Source of the DNA: a virus
Lineage: Duplodnaviria; Heunggongvirae; Uroviricota; Caudoviricetes
Reading direction: 5' to 3' (one strand)
Virus record (IMG/VR): IMGVR_UViG_3300032326_001208
Span: 1 to 64,000 of that record
DNA: 64,000 nt
The notes under the pieces were generated by a model. It had not been told where the DNA came from. It was given only the letters and a program-made list of their open reading frames with translations, and searched no databases. Of the stretch, positions 56,511 through 64,000 are shown one piece after another (position 1 is the stretch's first letter; each line of letters begins with the position of its first letter). Position numbers and translations under genes: made by a program.

Positions 56511-56524
56511 AAAAACAAAAAAAT

Positions 56525-56851
56525 ATGGAATTAAATTTAATTGAACTTACTCACAAGTACTTTAACTTGTTTTTGAGTAAAAACCCAAAAGGGTTGGAAG
56601 AATTGTATAGTGAAGATATTACCCTAACTGATTGGAATGGACAATGGAAGGGTAGATTAGCTGTACTTGAAATGAATGAGAACCTTTTTAACAATGAATT
56701 TCACTTAAAGATTGATGAGGTTCGTATTAGTGGCAATCGTACATACGGTCACATACAATTGGAAATTGGTGGTTCTACACTTAAAATAGTGGATGTAATT
56801 GATTGGACTAACGATGGTAAGATAAAGCATATTACTGCGTATAGTGGATAA
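56525..56851 (+). CDS. NTF2-like / SnoaL-like small protein
   Basis: 108 aa; ELTHKYFNLFLSKNPKGLEELYSEDITLTDWNG resembles the SnoaL/ketosteroid-isomerase fold N-terminus; weak. Confidence 0.4.
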   Translation: MELNLIELTHKYFNLFLSKNPKGLEELYSEDITLTDWNGQWKGRLAVLEMNENLFNNEFHLKIDEVRISGNRTYGHIQLEIGGSTLKIVDVIDWTNDGKIKHITAYSG

Positions 56852-56875
56852 TTAGTTTCCATTATATTTATATGT

Positions 56876-57484
56876 ATGAAAATTTTGAAAGAAGATTTAG
56901 AAATGTTGAAAGAAGATTTAGGTATTCTTACATATCCGGTGGGTTTACTCGTTCTTTTCGCAATTACTTCCTTAATAAAGGCGGTGAATGGACCGAATAA
57001 AGGATATAAAGATACACCTGGTAGGCCATTACCAAACGAAAACGTTATTAATGCGTTGAATGATATGTGGGATAATAAACCATTTGTAAAAGATTTTGCA
57101 AAAATACTTTCTGACGAAGGGGATATTGATGAGCTTGACAAACAAATTAGAACCTTAAAAAATTCAAAAAAACCACAACTTTTTGATATAGAATCGCTTT
57201 GGAGAATGGTTAATAAAACCGATTTTGAACCAGCATCTGTATCTAAAAGGATTGTACAAAGATTATTAAACACTTCTTCTTACAAAGGAATAGTAAAGAA
57301 ATATAAATTTACAAAAGAAGATGAACAATATTTTGCAAAACTTCTATTATTGACATTAATGAGTGCTGACTTTACTGATAATGCTAAACAGTATATTTTA
57401 AAAACAATAAAGCCATTGCCGTTTTTACAAAAGCTTGGCAGAAATATATCCGCAGTTCAATTGACTAGGCCGGATGGACGATAA
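56876..57484 (+). CDS. Hypothetical protein with an N-terminal TM helix
   Basis: 202-aa ORF. Confidence 0.5.
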   Translation: MKILKEDLEMLKEDLGILTYPVGLLVLFAITSLIKAVNGPNKGYKDTPGRPLPNENVINALNDMWDNKPFVKDFAKILSDEGDIDELDKQIRTLKNSKKPQLFDIESLWRMVNKTDFEPASVSKRIVQRLLNTSSYKGIVKKYKFTKEDEQYFAKLLLLTLMSADFTDNAKQYILKTIKPLPFLQKLGRNISAVQLTRPDGR

Positions 57485-57486
57485 AA

Positions 57487-57514
57487 AAGGGAAGTAATTA
57501 CACTTCCCTTTTTT
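57487..57514. terminator. Bidirectional rho-independent terminator
   Basis: aaaaaagggaagtaattacacttcccttttttatttt has A-run / stem / T-run symmetry; it closes both the + operon and the convergent minus-strand cassette. Confidence 0.75.
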
Positions 57515-57517
57515 ATT

Positions 57518-57910
57518 TTAATCTAATAATAATTTTTCATCACCATCATCGTTCTGATTTACATACGCCGATGTAGTTGTAGTAGTTCCTGTTAATGTAT
57601 ATGCTCCACCACTACCATTTGATGTTGTATAAGTGATTGTACTTCCGCTTGGAAAACTTGTTGAACTAAATGTACCACCTGTTGTAATAGTGCCACTTAA
57701 CGGAGTTATTGTTGGTGAAGATATAGTTGTCCATCCACCACCAATTTGATTAGGAGTTCCCCAACCACCAATACCAATAGGAGTACCAATAGTATCATTC
57801 ACTTCTTTTAGCTTCTCTCTAATTGTATCAAATTGCTTTTTACTAATATCATATCCGTTGATAGCATCTAAAAATCCTTTCAACCATTGTGTATATTCTT
57901 GGCTAGTCAT
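57518..57910 (-). CDS. Gly/Thr-rich protein (helical N-terminus, low-complexity GGW/TTT tail)
   Basis: 130-aa ORF. Its own minus-strand promoter lies immediately upstream: TTTGgtataatcaaaaacattttgTATCTTTGtaaaaataaattATG. Confidence 0.5.
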   Translation of the reverse strand: MTSQEYTQWLKGFLDAINGYDISKKQFDTIREKLKEVNDTIGTPIGIGGWGTPNQIGGGWTTISSPTITPLSGTITTGGTFSSTSFPSGSTITYTTSNGSGGAYTLTGTTTTTSAYVNQNDDGDEKLLLD

Positions 57911-57961
57911 AATAATTTATTTTTACAAAGATACAAAATGTTTTTGATTATACCAAATAAA

Positions 57962-57993
57962 AACCCCCATATTTCTATGAGGGTTTGTTTGAT
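57962..57993 (-). terminator. Putative terminator for the minus-strand genes
   Basis: Reverse complement reads aaaccc-N14-gggttttta ttt. Confidence 0.35.
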
Positions 57994-58025
57994 TAGCTAA
58001 TATCAACTTTGTCTTTAATTTACTA

Positions 58026-58139
58026 TTACTTCTTTAGGAATCCTTTAGCGAATTTTACTAAGAAAGGAACAGCGAAGTATCCAACTAATCCACCTACAAG
58101 GAAGTGAAAATTGAATACGAAATCTACAATTGTTTGCAT
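58026..58139 (-). CDS. Possible 37-aa hydrophobic peptide
   Basis: MQTIVDFVFNFHFLVGGLVGYFAVPFLVKFAKGFLKK read by eye; unsupported otherwise. Confidence 0.2.
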   Translation of the reverse strand: MQTIVDFVFNFHFLVGGLVGYFAVPFLVKFAKGFLKK

Positions 58140-58290
58140 GTTTCTATTTGTTTAAGTTAATCAAAATAACATAATAATAAAACAAGCGCTAATTTGTTTT
58201 AATAAATATCGTACAAAATGGTATGGTAACATTAACTATCCACATTCTGATAAACAACTTTAATTGTGATAGTTAATAAAATATATTATA

Positions 58291-58830
58291 CTATAATAGT
58301 GATATAATAATATTGGCTGTATCATTATTGATTGGTACTTTAAAATACTCAACATCGTATCTTTCAAGCATAGAAACAATTTCTCTATCAATCTCTATAC
58401 TTTCTTCTAACTTTTGAAATCTTCCATCTTCTTGATACATCGCAGGGTCTCTTTCCAAAACTATATTTAATGAATCGTAATTAGAATGCAAATCAACAAT
58501 AAACTCGTCAAACTTATATCCATAGAACATCGCAGGATATTCTGGTTCTTCATTGTATCTATCTTTATAGATTAATCCAAATAGAATTGGTGAATCAACA
58601 ATAATATAATCAACCTGTCCATATAGACGAGAAATGTTACGGTGTTGATTAGCGGTAATATAAAATTGGTCTTTAACTGCGTAAACATTTCTTTCCCAAG
58701 CTTGTAACTTTGGAAATTCATAAGGCATCTCAACATTGTATCCTGCCTTTTTCATCTCATAATACAAACCCGCTGCTTGTGTGGATTTACCAATTGAAGG
58801 TCCACCGAATAGATTAATAATTTTGCTCAT
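58291..58830 (-). CDS. P-loop NTPase, probable nucleoside/nucleotide kinase (AAA_28/NadR-like)
   Basis: Walker A LFGGPSIGKST at the N-terminus, Walker B-like IIVDSP; about 180 aa, like small kinases. Confidence 0.55.
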   Translation of the reverse strand: MSKIINLFGGPSIGKSTQAAGLYYEMKKAGYNVEMPYEFPKLQAWERNVYAVKDQFYITANQHRNISRLYGQVDYIIVDSPILFGLIYKDRYNEEPEYPAMFYGYKFDEFIVDLHSNYDSLNIVLERDPAMYQEDGRFQKLEESIEIDREIVSMLERYDVEYFKVPINNDTANIIISLL

Positions 58831-58898
58831 AATACAAAGGTACGAAAATTTATTGAAAGGACAAAATAAAGGGGAGAATTTCTTCTCCCCATTTATTA

Positions 58899-61800
58899 TT
58901 AGTTAAAGATATATCTTACACCCAATTGAATTTGGTAGCGAGAACTAAATCCTACGTTATCTCTGAATGAATCAGTAAACGGAACTTTGTTTCTTCCATC
59001 TAAATAAGGGAATGAGAATACCGGAGTTTTTCCATCAGTATCCAATCTTACAAATGTAAGTGGAGTCATTGTTGTTGGTGTTTGGTTTACACCCCAATTT
59101 TTACTTAGGAAGTTTGTGAAGTTATAGATATCAGCTGTGAATCTTAAAGTATGTTTAGTATCTTTATATTTGATATAAACATCTTGTGTAAAGTTCAAGT
59201 CTAATCTATTAACCCAAGGTAGAACTAATGCTTGTCTTTCTGCAAATTGACCTCTACGAGAGTTAAGGTATTTGTTGCCAGAAATGAAAGCATCTAATTG
59301 ATTCCACAATTCAGCCTGTGTACGGGTATCAGCTACACCACTTACTGCACTTGCATTTACCAATTTAATTTGAGATGCATCGGCTGGAACGAACATCAAT
59401 TCATTACCATTGAAACCATCATTGTTTAAATCACCTGCGTATGTGTACGATAGTGAAGATTGTAATGGGTTAGGAGAACCTTCATACAATAAACCAAATG
59501 AAGTTCTTGTATTCTTAAAGAACTCTTTACCATATACCAATGAACCTACAATTCTATGAGGTAAGTAGTTGTTTGAAAAACCTGCTTCAAAGTTATTAGG
59601 GTCAGTTGATGTTGGTCTAGCTCCCCACATTGTAAATGCGGTTGAACCATTGATTGTAGCATCTTTTGCTGTTTGACGAGTATAAGATGCGTTTACTGCT
59701 AAGTTCTTAAATTGTCTTTGAACTTGTAATGTACCAAACAATACATAACCAATGTTAGCATTGGTCATATAGATTGCATTACCAATATTTGGATTGGTTG
59801 GTGTTTGTGCGGTTCCGGTTGCATCATAAACTGAACGTTTAATAAAACGAGTTTGTCCATTTGCTAAAGTTATATTACCAGTTGAAGGTAATGCAACGTT
59901 TTGGAAAACGGTAGCGTTAATGTTCTTAATATATGTACCTTCCGCAGTTACAGTCCATCCTAACACTTTCTTATCAACTGCTAAAGTTGATTTCCAAACT
60001 TGCGGATATTTGTAATTAGGGTCAGTTACGTTAAGTGAATACGCTCTTGATAAACCTGGTGTTGGAGTTGGTCTATATGCATCAATGTTTGGATTAAACA
60101 TATATCCTTGTCCATTTGTAATAGAACCGAATAATGCCATACCCGTATTAGATGCTTGGTTAGAAATCCAAACGAAAGGTGGAGGGCCTTGGAATAATCC
60201 TGTACCACCACGAACTTGTAAAGTTTGGTCATTATACACATCCCAGTTGAAACCAATTCTAGGCGATAATTGTAAAGCATTTTTAGGTGCTAAACCTGTG
60301 TTTAATCTTACACCACCATAGAATCTACTAAGTGTATCAACTACTGGATTGAAAAGGAAGTTATCAGCAAATGCTACATAATCCGCTCTCAAACCATAAG
60401 TGATTGTTAAGTTATCTTTTACTCTAAATTTATCTTGAGCAAATAAACTTAATTCAGTATTCTTTGGACCAACTAATGGGAATTCACCGGTTAGTGACCA
60501 AGACAAATCATACACAGCTGCTGGTTTTGTACCTGCTGCCGATGCGTAGAAATCAGCTAAACTATTGAAACGGAATGCACCTGCGTAGTTAGGTGAGAAG
60601 CCATTCTTATATTGTTTAAATGAATTTTGTGTACCAAATGTAAATTCATGCTTACCTTTGTATAAGTTGAAAATATTATTCAATTGAATTACATCTGAAT
60701 TCAATGCGTTACCATAAGTGAATCTTTCATAACCAAAAGTTGTGAAAGGTAAACCATTACCATCTAATATGTCCACTTGTGGAAAATTACCAGCTGTTAG
60801 TGTACCTCTGAAATCTCTTAATTTAGTGTATCCAATTTGTAATTTATTGTTAGCTGAATTAGAGAATCTAGTGTTTAACTCACCGATGATGATGTCTGCG
60901 TTGTTATTAATTGTATAACCACCACCATAAAACGGCATTGAAGTTGTACTTGGTCTTCTACCATTTGATGAGTTTACTGATTGTGAGTTAGATGCTGGAA
61001 TATCTGCTGATGAACGTAATAGTGTATATTTCAATGAGAATGAATTTTTACTATTAATATTCCAATCTAATTTAGTAGTCAATCTTTTTGATACTGAACC
61101 ATATTGGTATCCTTGATATGCACCTGGATCGTAATTATATTTTTCAATTAAGAACTTTCTCAATGCATCCAAATCAGATGCTTTAGCTTGAGATACGTTG
61201 ATACCATTTGGTGTATTATTAGCGTCAGCTGCTACCCATTGTGTACCAGGTTCCATTCTACTTTCTTGTTCACCATTTACAAAGAAGAACAATTTGTTTT
61301 TAACAATTGCTCCACCTGCGGTGAATCCTTTTAAATCATAAGTGAAATCTTGCTTTGGTAAAGTTACATCACCAACTTTGTAACCCTGTAAATCTTTATT
61401 CTTAAAGAATTGGTAAACCGAACCGAATGATTGGTTCTTACCACTACGAGTTACGGTGTTGATTGAACCACCCGCGAAACCACCGAACTTTACATCAAAA
61501 GGTGAAACGTTAACTTGGATTTGCTCAATCGCATCTAATGAGATTGGTTGTGCTCCAGTTTGACCACCCAATGTACCATCACCTAAACCGAAAGAGTTAT
61601 TGAAGTTAGCTCCATCCAAAGTAACGTTATTCAATTGAGAAGATAAACCACCAAATGATAAGTTGTTTTGCGAAGGTACTAATTTAACTAAATCTTTCCA
61701 GCTTCTATTAACGTTTGGTATTCTCTCAATCAATTGTCTGTTGATAATCTCTTGAGAACCATTACGGCTAGAGTTAAATACCTTACTTTGTCCTGAAGTT

Positions 61801-62159
61801 ACTACTACTTCTTTCAAAGTTGTTGATGCTTCTTTCAAAATAAAGTTTGCCTTGTGTGACTGACCCAATAACAATGTAATATCGTCTTGATGTTCTGCTT
61901 TGAAACCAATTGATGTTACGTGAATTGAATACGGTCCACCGATTTTCAAGTTTGGCAAGTTGTATCTACCATCAGTACGAGAAGAAGTTGTGTACTTCGT
62001 ACCCGTTGGCTGGTGAGTAGCTACAATTGTTACACCTGCTAATCCGGCTTTTCCATCAGAAACCAAACCCTGAATTTCAGAGGTAGTTTCTTGCGCACTT
62101 GCTCCAAATGATAATAGTGTTATCACTACCATAAGGAGAAATTTTCCGATTTTTTTCAT
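58899..62159 (-). CDS. TonB-dependent outer-membrane receptor (with carboxypeptidase-regulatory-like N-domain)
   Basis: Signal peptide MKKIGKFLLMVVITLLSFGASAQE; IQGLVSDGKAGLAGVTIVATH...GRYNL (CarbopepD_reg-like); plug-domain motifs; about 800 aa of alternating beta-strand pattern; 1086 aa total. Confidence 0.85.
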   Translation of the reverse strand: MKKIGKFLLMVVITLLSFGASAQETTSEIQGLVSDGKAGLAGVTIVATHQPTGTKYTTSSRTDGRYNLPNLKIGGPYSIHVTSIGFKAEHQDDITLLLGQSHKANFILKEASTTLKEVVVTSGQSKVFNSSRNGSQEIINRQLIERIPNVNRSWKDLVKLVPSQNNLSFGGLSSQLNNVTLDGANFNNSFGLGDGTLGGQTGAQPISLDAIEQIQVNVSPFDVKFGGFAGGSINTVTRSGKNQSFGSVYQFFKNKDLQGYKVGDVTLPKQDFTYDLKGFTAGGAIVKNKLFFFVNGEQESRMEPGTQWVAADANNTPNGINVSQAKASDLDALRKFLIEKYNYDPGAYQGYQYGSVSKRLTTKLDWNINSKNSFSLKYTLLRSSADIPASNSQSVNSSNGRRPSTTSMPFYGGGYTINNNADIIIGELNTRFSNSANNKLQIGYTKLRDFRGTLTAGNFPQVDILDGNGLPFTTFGYERFTYGNALNSDVIQLNNIFNLYKGKHEFTFGTQNSFKQYKNGFSPNYAGAFRFNSLADFYASAAGTKPAAVYDLSWSLTGEFPLVGPKNTELSLFAQDKFRVKDNLTITYGLRADYVAFADNFLFNPVVDTLSRFYGGVRLNTGLAPKNALQLSPRIGFNWDVYNDQTLQVRGGTGLFQGPPPFVWISNQASNTGMALFGSITNGQGYMFNPNIDAYRPTPTPGLSRAYSLNVTDPNYKYPQVWKSTLAVDKKVLGWTVTAEGTYIKNINATVFQNVALPSTGNITLANGQTRFIKRSVYDATGTAQTPTNPNIGNAIYMTNANIGYVLFGTLQVQRQFKNLAVNASYTRQTAKDATINGSTAFTMWGARPTSTDPNNFEAGFSNNYLPHRIVGSLVYGKEFFKNTRTSFGLLYEGSPNPLQSSLSYTYAGDLNNDGFNGNELMFVPADASQIKLVNASAVSGVADTRTQAELWNQLDAFISGNKYLNSRRGQFAERQALVLPWVNRLDLNFTQDVYIKYKDTKHTLRFTADIYNFTNFLSKNWGVNQTPTTMTPLTFVRLDTDGKTPVFSFPYLDGRNKVPFTDSFRDNVGFSSRYQIQLGVRYIFN

Positions 62160-62564
62160 GTGTTTTGTTTTTTGTTTAAATTGTAACCATTAAAAATAAA
62201 AAAGGTATAGAGATTACTCCCCATACCCTTTTAGAGTTTATGACTTTTTACAGTCAAATTCGTTATATATAAATTTGTATATGTATATTCTACATTCATA
62301 GGCTTTGAAACATTTTTTACCCTTATAACTATATCCATTTTTTGTAAAAGTTTAACAAATATACGAAAAATTTTCCACCAAACCAAATATTTTGAGATAA
62401 ATTATTGAAGGTCAATGACTTATAAGTGGTTGATAATCAGATATTTATAAAAAACTCAAAAAAGTTCATAATTTGTTGATTTTCAATGACTTATGAGGGT
62501 ATTTTTATGAAAAAAAATTTGGAAAATTGGAAATTTTTTCGTATTTTTACATAGTAAAAAGATT
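62160..62564. promoter_or_regulatory. Divergent promoter / operator region
   Basis: Minus-strand promoter (reverse complement of about 62340..62400: tttggtttggtggaaaatttttcgTATATTTGtta). Operators ggtcaatgacttataagtggttgataatcagat and tgttgattttcaatgacttatg. Plus-strand promoter ttttttcgtatttttacatag. Confidence 0.55.
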
Positions 62565-62729
62565 ATGATTATGAAAAATTATGAATTAACGTTAAAACGA
62601 GCCGATATGATACAAGCGGGAGCTTACGATGGACGTTTTCGTGAAAAAACAGTAGTTGACAAGAAGAAAAAAGAGAAAAAAGAGTGGGCTCGTAAGAAAT
62701 TCACCTTTGATTTTAAAAATTGTAAATAA
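62565..62729 (+). CDS. Hypothetical small basic protein (54 aa)
   Basis: MIMKNYELTLKRADMIQAG... found by eye. Confidence 0.35.
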   Translation: MIMKNYELTLKRADMIQAGAYDGRFREKTVVDKKKKEKKEWARKKFTFDFKNCK

Positions 62730-62741
62730 AAATTAAGAAAT

Positions 62742-63092
62742 ATGAGAACACCGAATCAAAAAGCATTGGATTATTTGAAAAGTAACCCTATTGTAGCTAA
62801 TTTTATTGAAAAATTGGATAAAGAACGTAAAGAATATTACGAAAAATGTAATATGCCCAATCAATACAAACCGGTAGTGATTGAAGTTGGTAATAAATTC
62901 ATTAGAATTTGGCAAGGTACATCTTGTTGGGGATTTATTAGTAGAGTTGATGGTGATTTGAAAGGTTCACCGATAAAAAAAGGTGATTTATTGAAAGCAG
63001 CCACTTGGAAAGCACCGGCAAAGCATGCTAGAGGTAATATTATAGATGGAACTGCCCAATATGGTGTGTATGGACCGGAATATTTAAAATAA
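62742..63092 (+). CDS. Hypothetical protein
   Basis: 116-aa ORF. Confidence 0.5.
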   Translation: MRTPNQKALDYLKSNPIVANFIEKLDKERKEYYEKCNMPNQYKPVVIEVGNKFIRIWQGTSCWGFISRVDGDLKGSPIKKGDLLKAATWKAPAKHARGNIIDGTAQYGVYGPEYLK

Positions 63093-63096
63093 TTTG

Positions 63097-64000
63097 ATGG
63101 AATTAAGACCGAATCAGATAGAACCTGTAAAAAAGGGTGTGGAATTCTTTAAAAGTAAGAAGCCGCACCCTTCAATCATTGTTGCCCCTACCGCTTTTGG
63201 TAAAAGTATCGTTATTGCTGAAATTGCTCACCAATTGGGTGAAAAAATCCTAGTTATTCAGCCTTCAAAAGAGTTATTAGAACAAAATTACAATAAATTC
63301 ATCAATTTAGGTGGAAAAGCATCAATTTACTCCGCATCTATGAATGAAAAGGAGATTGGTGATGTAACTTATGCTACAATTGGTTCAATTGTTAATATTG
63401 CTTGGAAATTCCACGAATTAGGGATAAAAAAGGTGATTATTGATGAATGTGACCGTTTTCCGAGAGAACCAGATGGTATGTTAAGGAGATTTTTAACTGC
63501 ATCTAAAATAACACACATATTAGGATTAACAGCAACCCCTTTAAAGTTACAAACTAATATGGACGAGTTTGGAAAACCATTTTCAAAGTTAGTAATGCTT
63601 ACTTCAAAGAGTAAAAAGGGTAATTTCTTCAAAGAAATCATCCACGTTGCTCAAATTAAGGAAATGGTGGATTTAGGATTCTGGTCACCACTACAATATG
63701 AATCATACGATTTTGAAACCGGTGATTTAGTCTATAATTCAACAAATGCGGAATATACCGAAGAAAGTATTAGAAGGGCGTACAAAGACCAGGATATTGC
63801 AGGTAAGATAATTCGTAAAATTGCTCAATTACCGGATAGAAAATCAATATTAGTGGCAGTTCCTTCAATTGAAGAAGCAAAAGAACTTTCAACCCGTCTA
63901 CCAAGTTGTGCACCGATATATAGTGGTATGGCGGATGCCGATAGAGATAGAATAATAGATGAATTTAAAAGAGGTGTATTGAGAATCATCGTACAAGTTA
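63097..64000 (+). CDS. SF2 DEAD/DEAH-box helicase (partial; 3' end beyond the window)
   Basis: Motif I VAPTAFGKS, motif II IIDECDRF, motif III GLTATP. Confidence 0.75.
   Translation, partial: MELRPNQIEPVKKGVEFFKSKKPHPSIIVAPTAFGKSIVIAEIAHQLGEKILVIQPSKELLEQNYNKFINLGGKASIYSASMNEKEIGDVTYATIGSIVNIAWKFHELGIKKVIIDECDRFPREPDGMLRRFLTASKITHILGLTATPLKLQTNMDEFGKPFSKLVMLTSKSKKGNFFKEIIHVAQIKEMVDLGFWSPLQYESYDFETGDLVYNSTNAEYTEESIRRAYKDQDIAGKIIRKIAQLPDRKSILVAVPSIEEAKELSTRLPSCAPIYSGMADADRDRIIDEFKRGVLRIIVQV

Noticed and set aside
60026-60321. Short ORFs inside and antisense to the TonB-dependent receptor gene
   Set aside because: They are embedded in a long, well-supported 1086-aa ORF with signal peptide and domain motifs.
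57518-62159. Treating the minus-strand block as host chromosome flanking a prophage end
   Set aside because: Element-specific operator motifs and Bacteroidetes promoters of the same type flank it on both sides, and + strand phage-like genes (helicase) resume after it. No att-like repeat was seen at its borders, although this cannot be excluded without the flanks.
11086-62480. CRISPR array interpretation of the repeated palindromes
   Set aside because: Repeats are imperfect, palindromic and irregularly spaced, and lie in promoter regions rather than as a regular repeat-spacer array.

Overview
The window is AT-rich and looks like a large Bacteroidetes-type phage or prophage; genes are packed head-to-tail on the + strand from 1 to about 57.5 kb and again from 62.5 kb. 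No capsid, terminase or tail genes are visible in the 64 kb, so it is probably the early/accessory arm of a jumbo phage, or a phage-plasmid-like element. It opens with a cluster of 12 tRNA genes interleaved with small ORFs. Recognisable coding content includes: a purine-salvage set (MTA/SAH-nucleosidase-like, purine nucleoside phosphorylase, adenine phosphoribosyltransferase, a P-loop kinase); a glycan/nucleotide-sugar cluster (TagD-like cytidylyltransferase, TylF-type SAM methyltransferase, family-2 glycosyltransferase, two paralogous putative transferases); a flavin-dependent (tryptophan-type) halogenase and a SET-domain protein; a calcineurin-like phosphoesterase next to a cyclic-phosphate-processing receiver (CPR) domain protein; an ATP-dependent DNA ligase; a tandem pair of SPFH (band-7) proteins; a GroES homologue and a cyclophilin; a GIY-YIG nuclease; a partial SF2 helicase. 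Intergenic regions carry two classes of Bacteroidetes sigma-A-type promoters (TTTG-N19-TAnnTTTG), a recurring roughly 19-bp palindromic operator (CTCGTTGATAATCAATGAG and variants) and several clean rho-independent terminators. The most striking feature is a family of at least 21 tandem paralogous genes (about 90-125 aa each) in two arrays, 36.6-39.9 kb and 49.0-54.2 kb. Each starts with the same roughly 20-nt DNA segment (atgctaacaatagaaaacat) encoding MLTIENI-K--G and is otherwise highly diverged. The only minus-strand block (57.5-62.2 kb) has its own promoters and a bidirectional terminator; it encodes a 1086-aa TonB-dependent outer-membrane receptor, a P-loop kinase and a Gly/Thr-rich protein.
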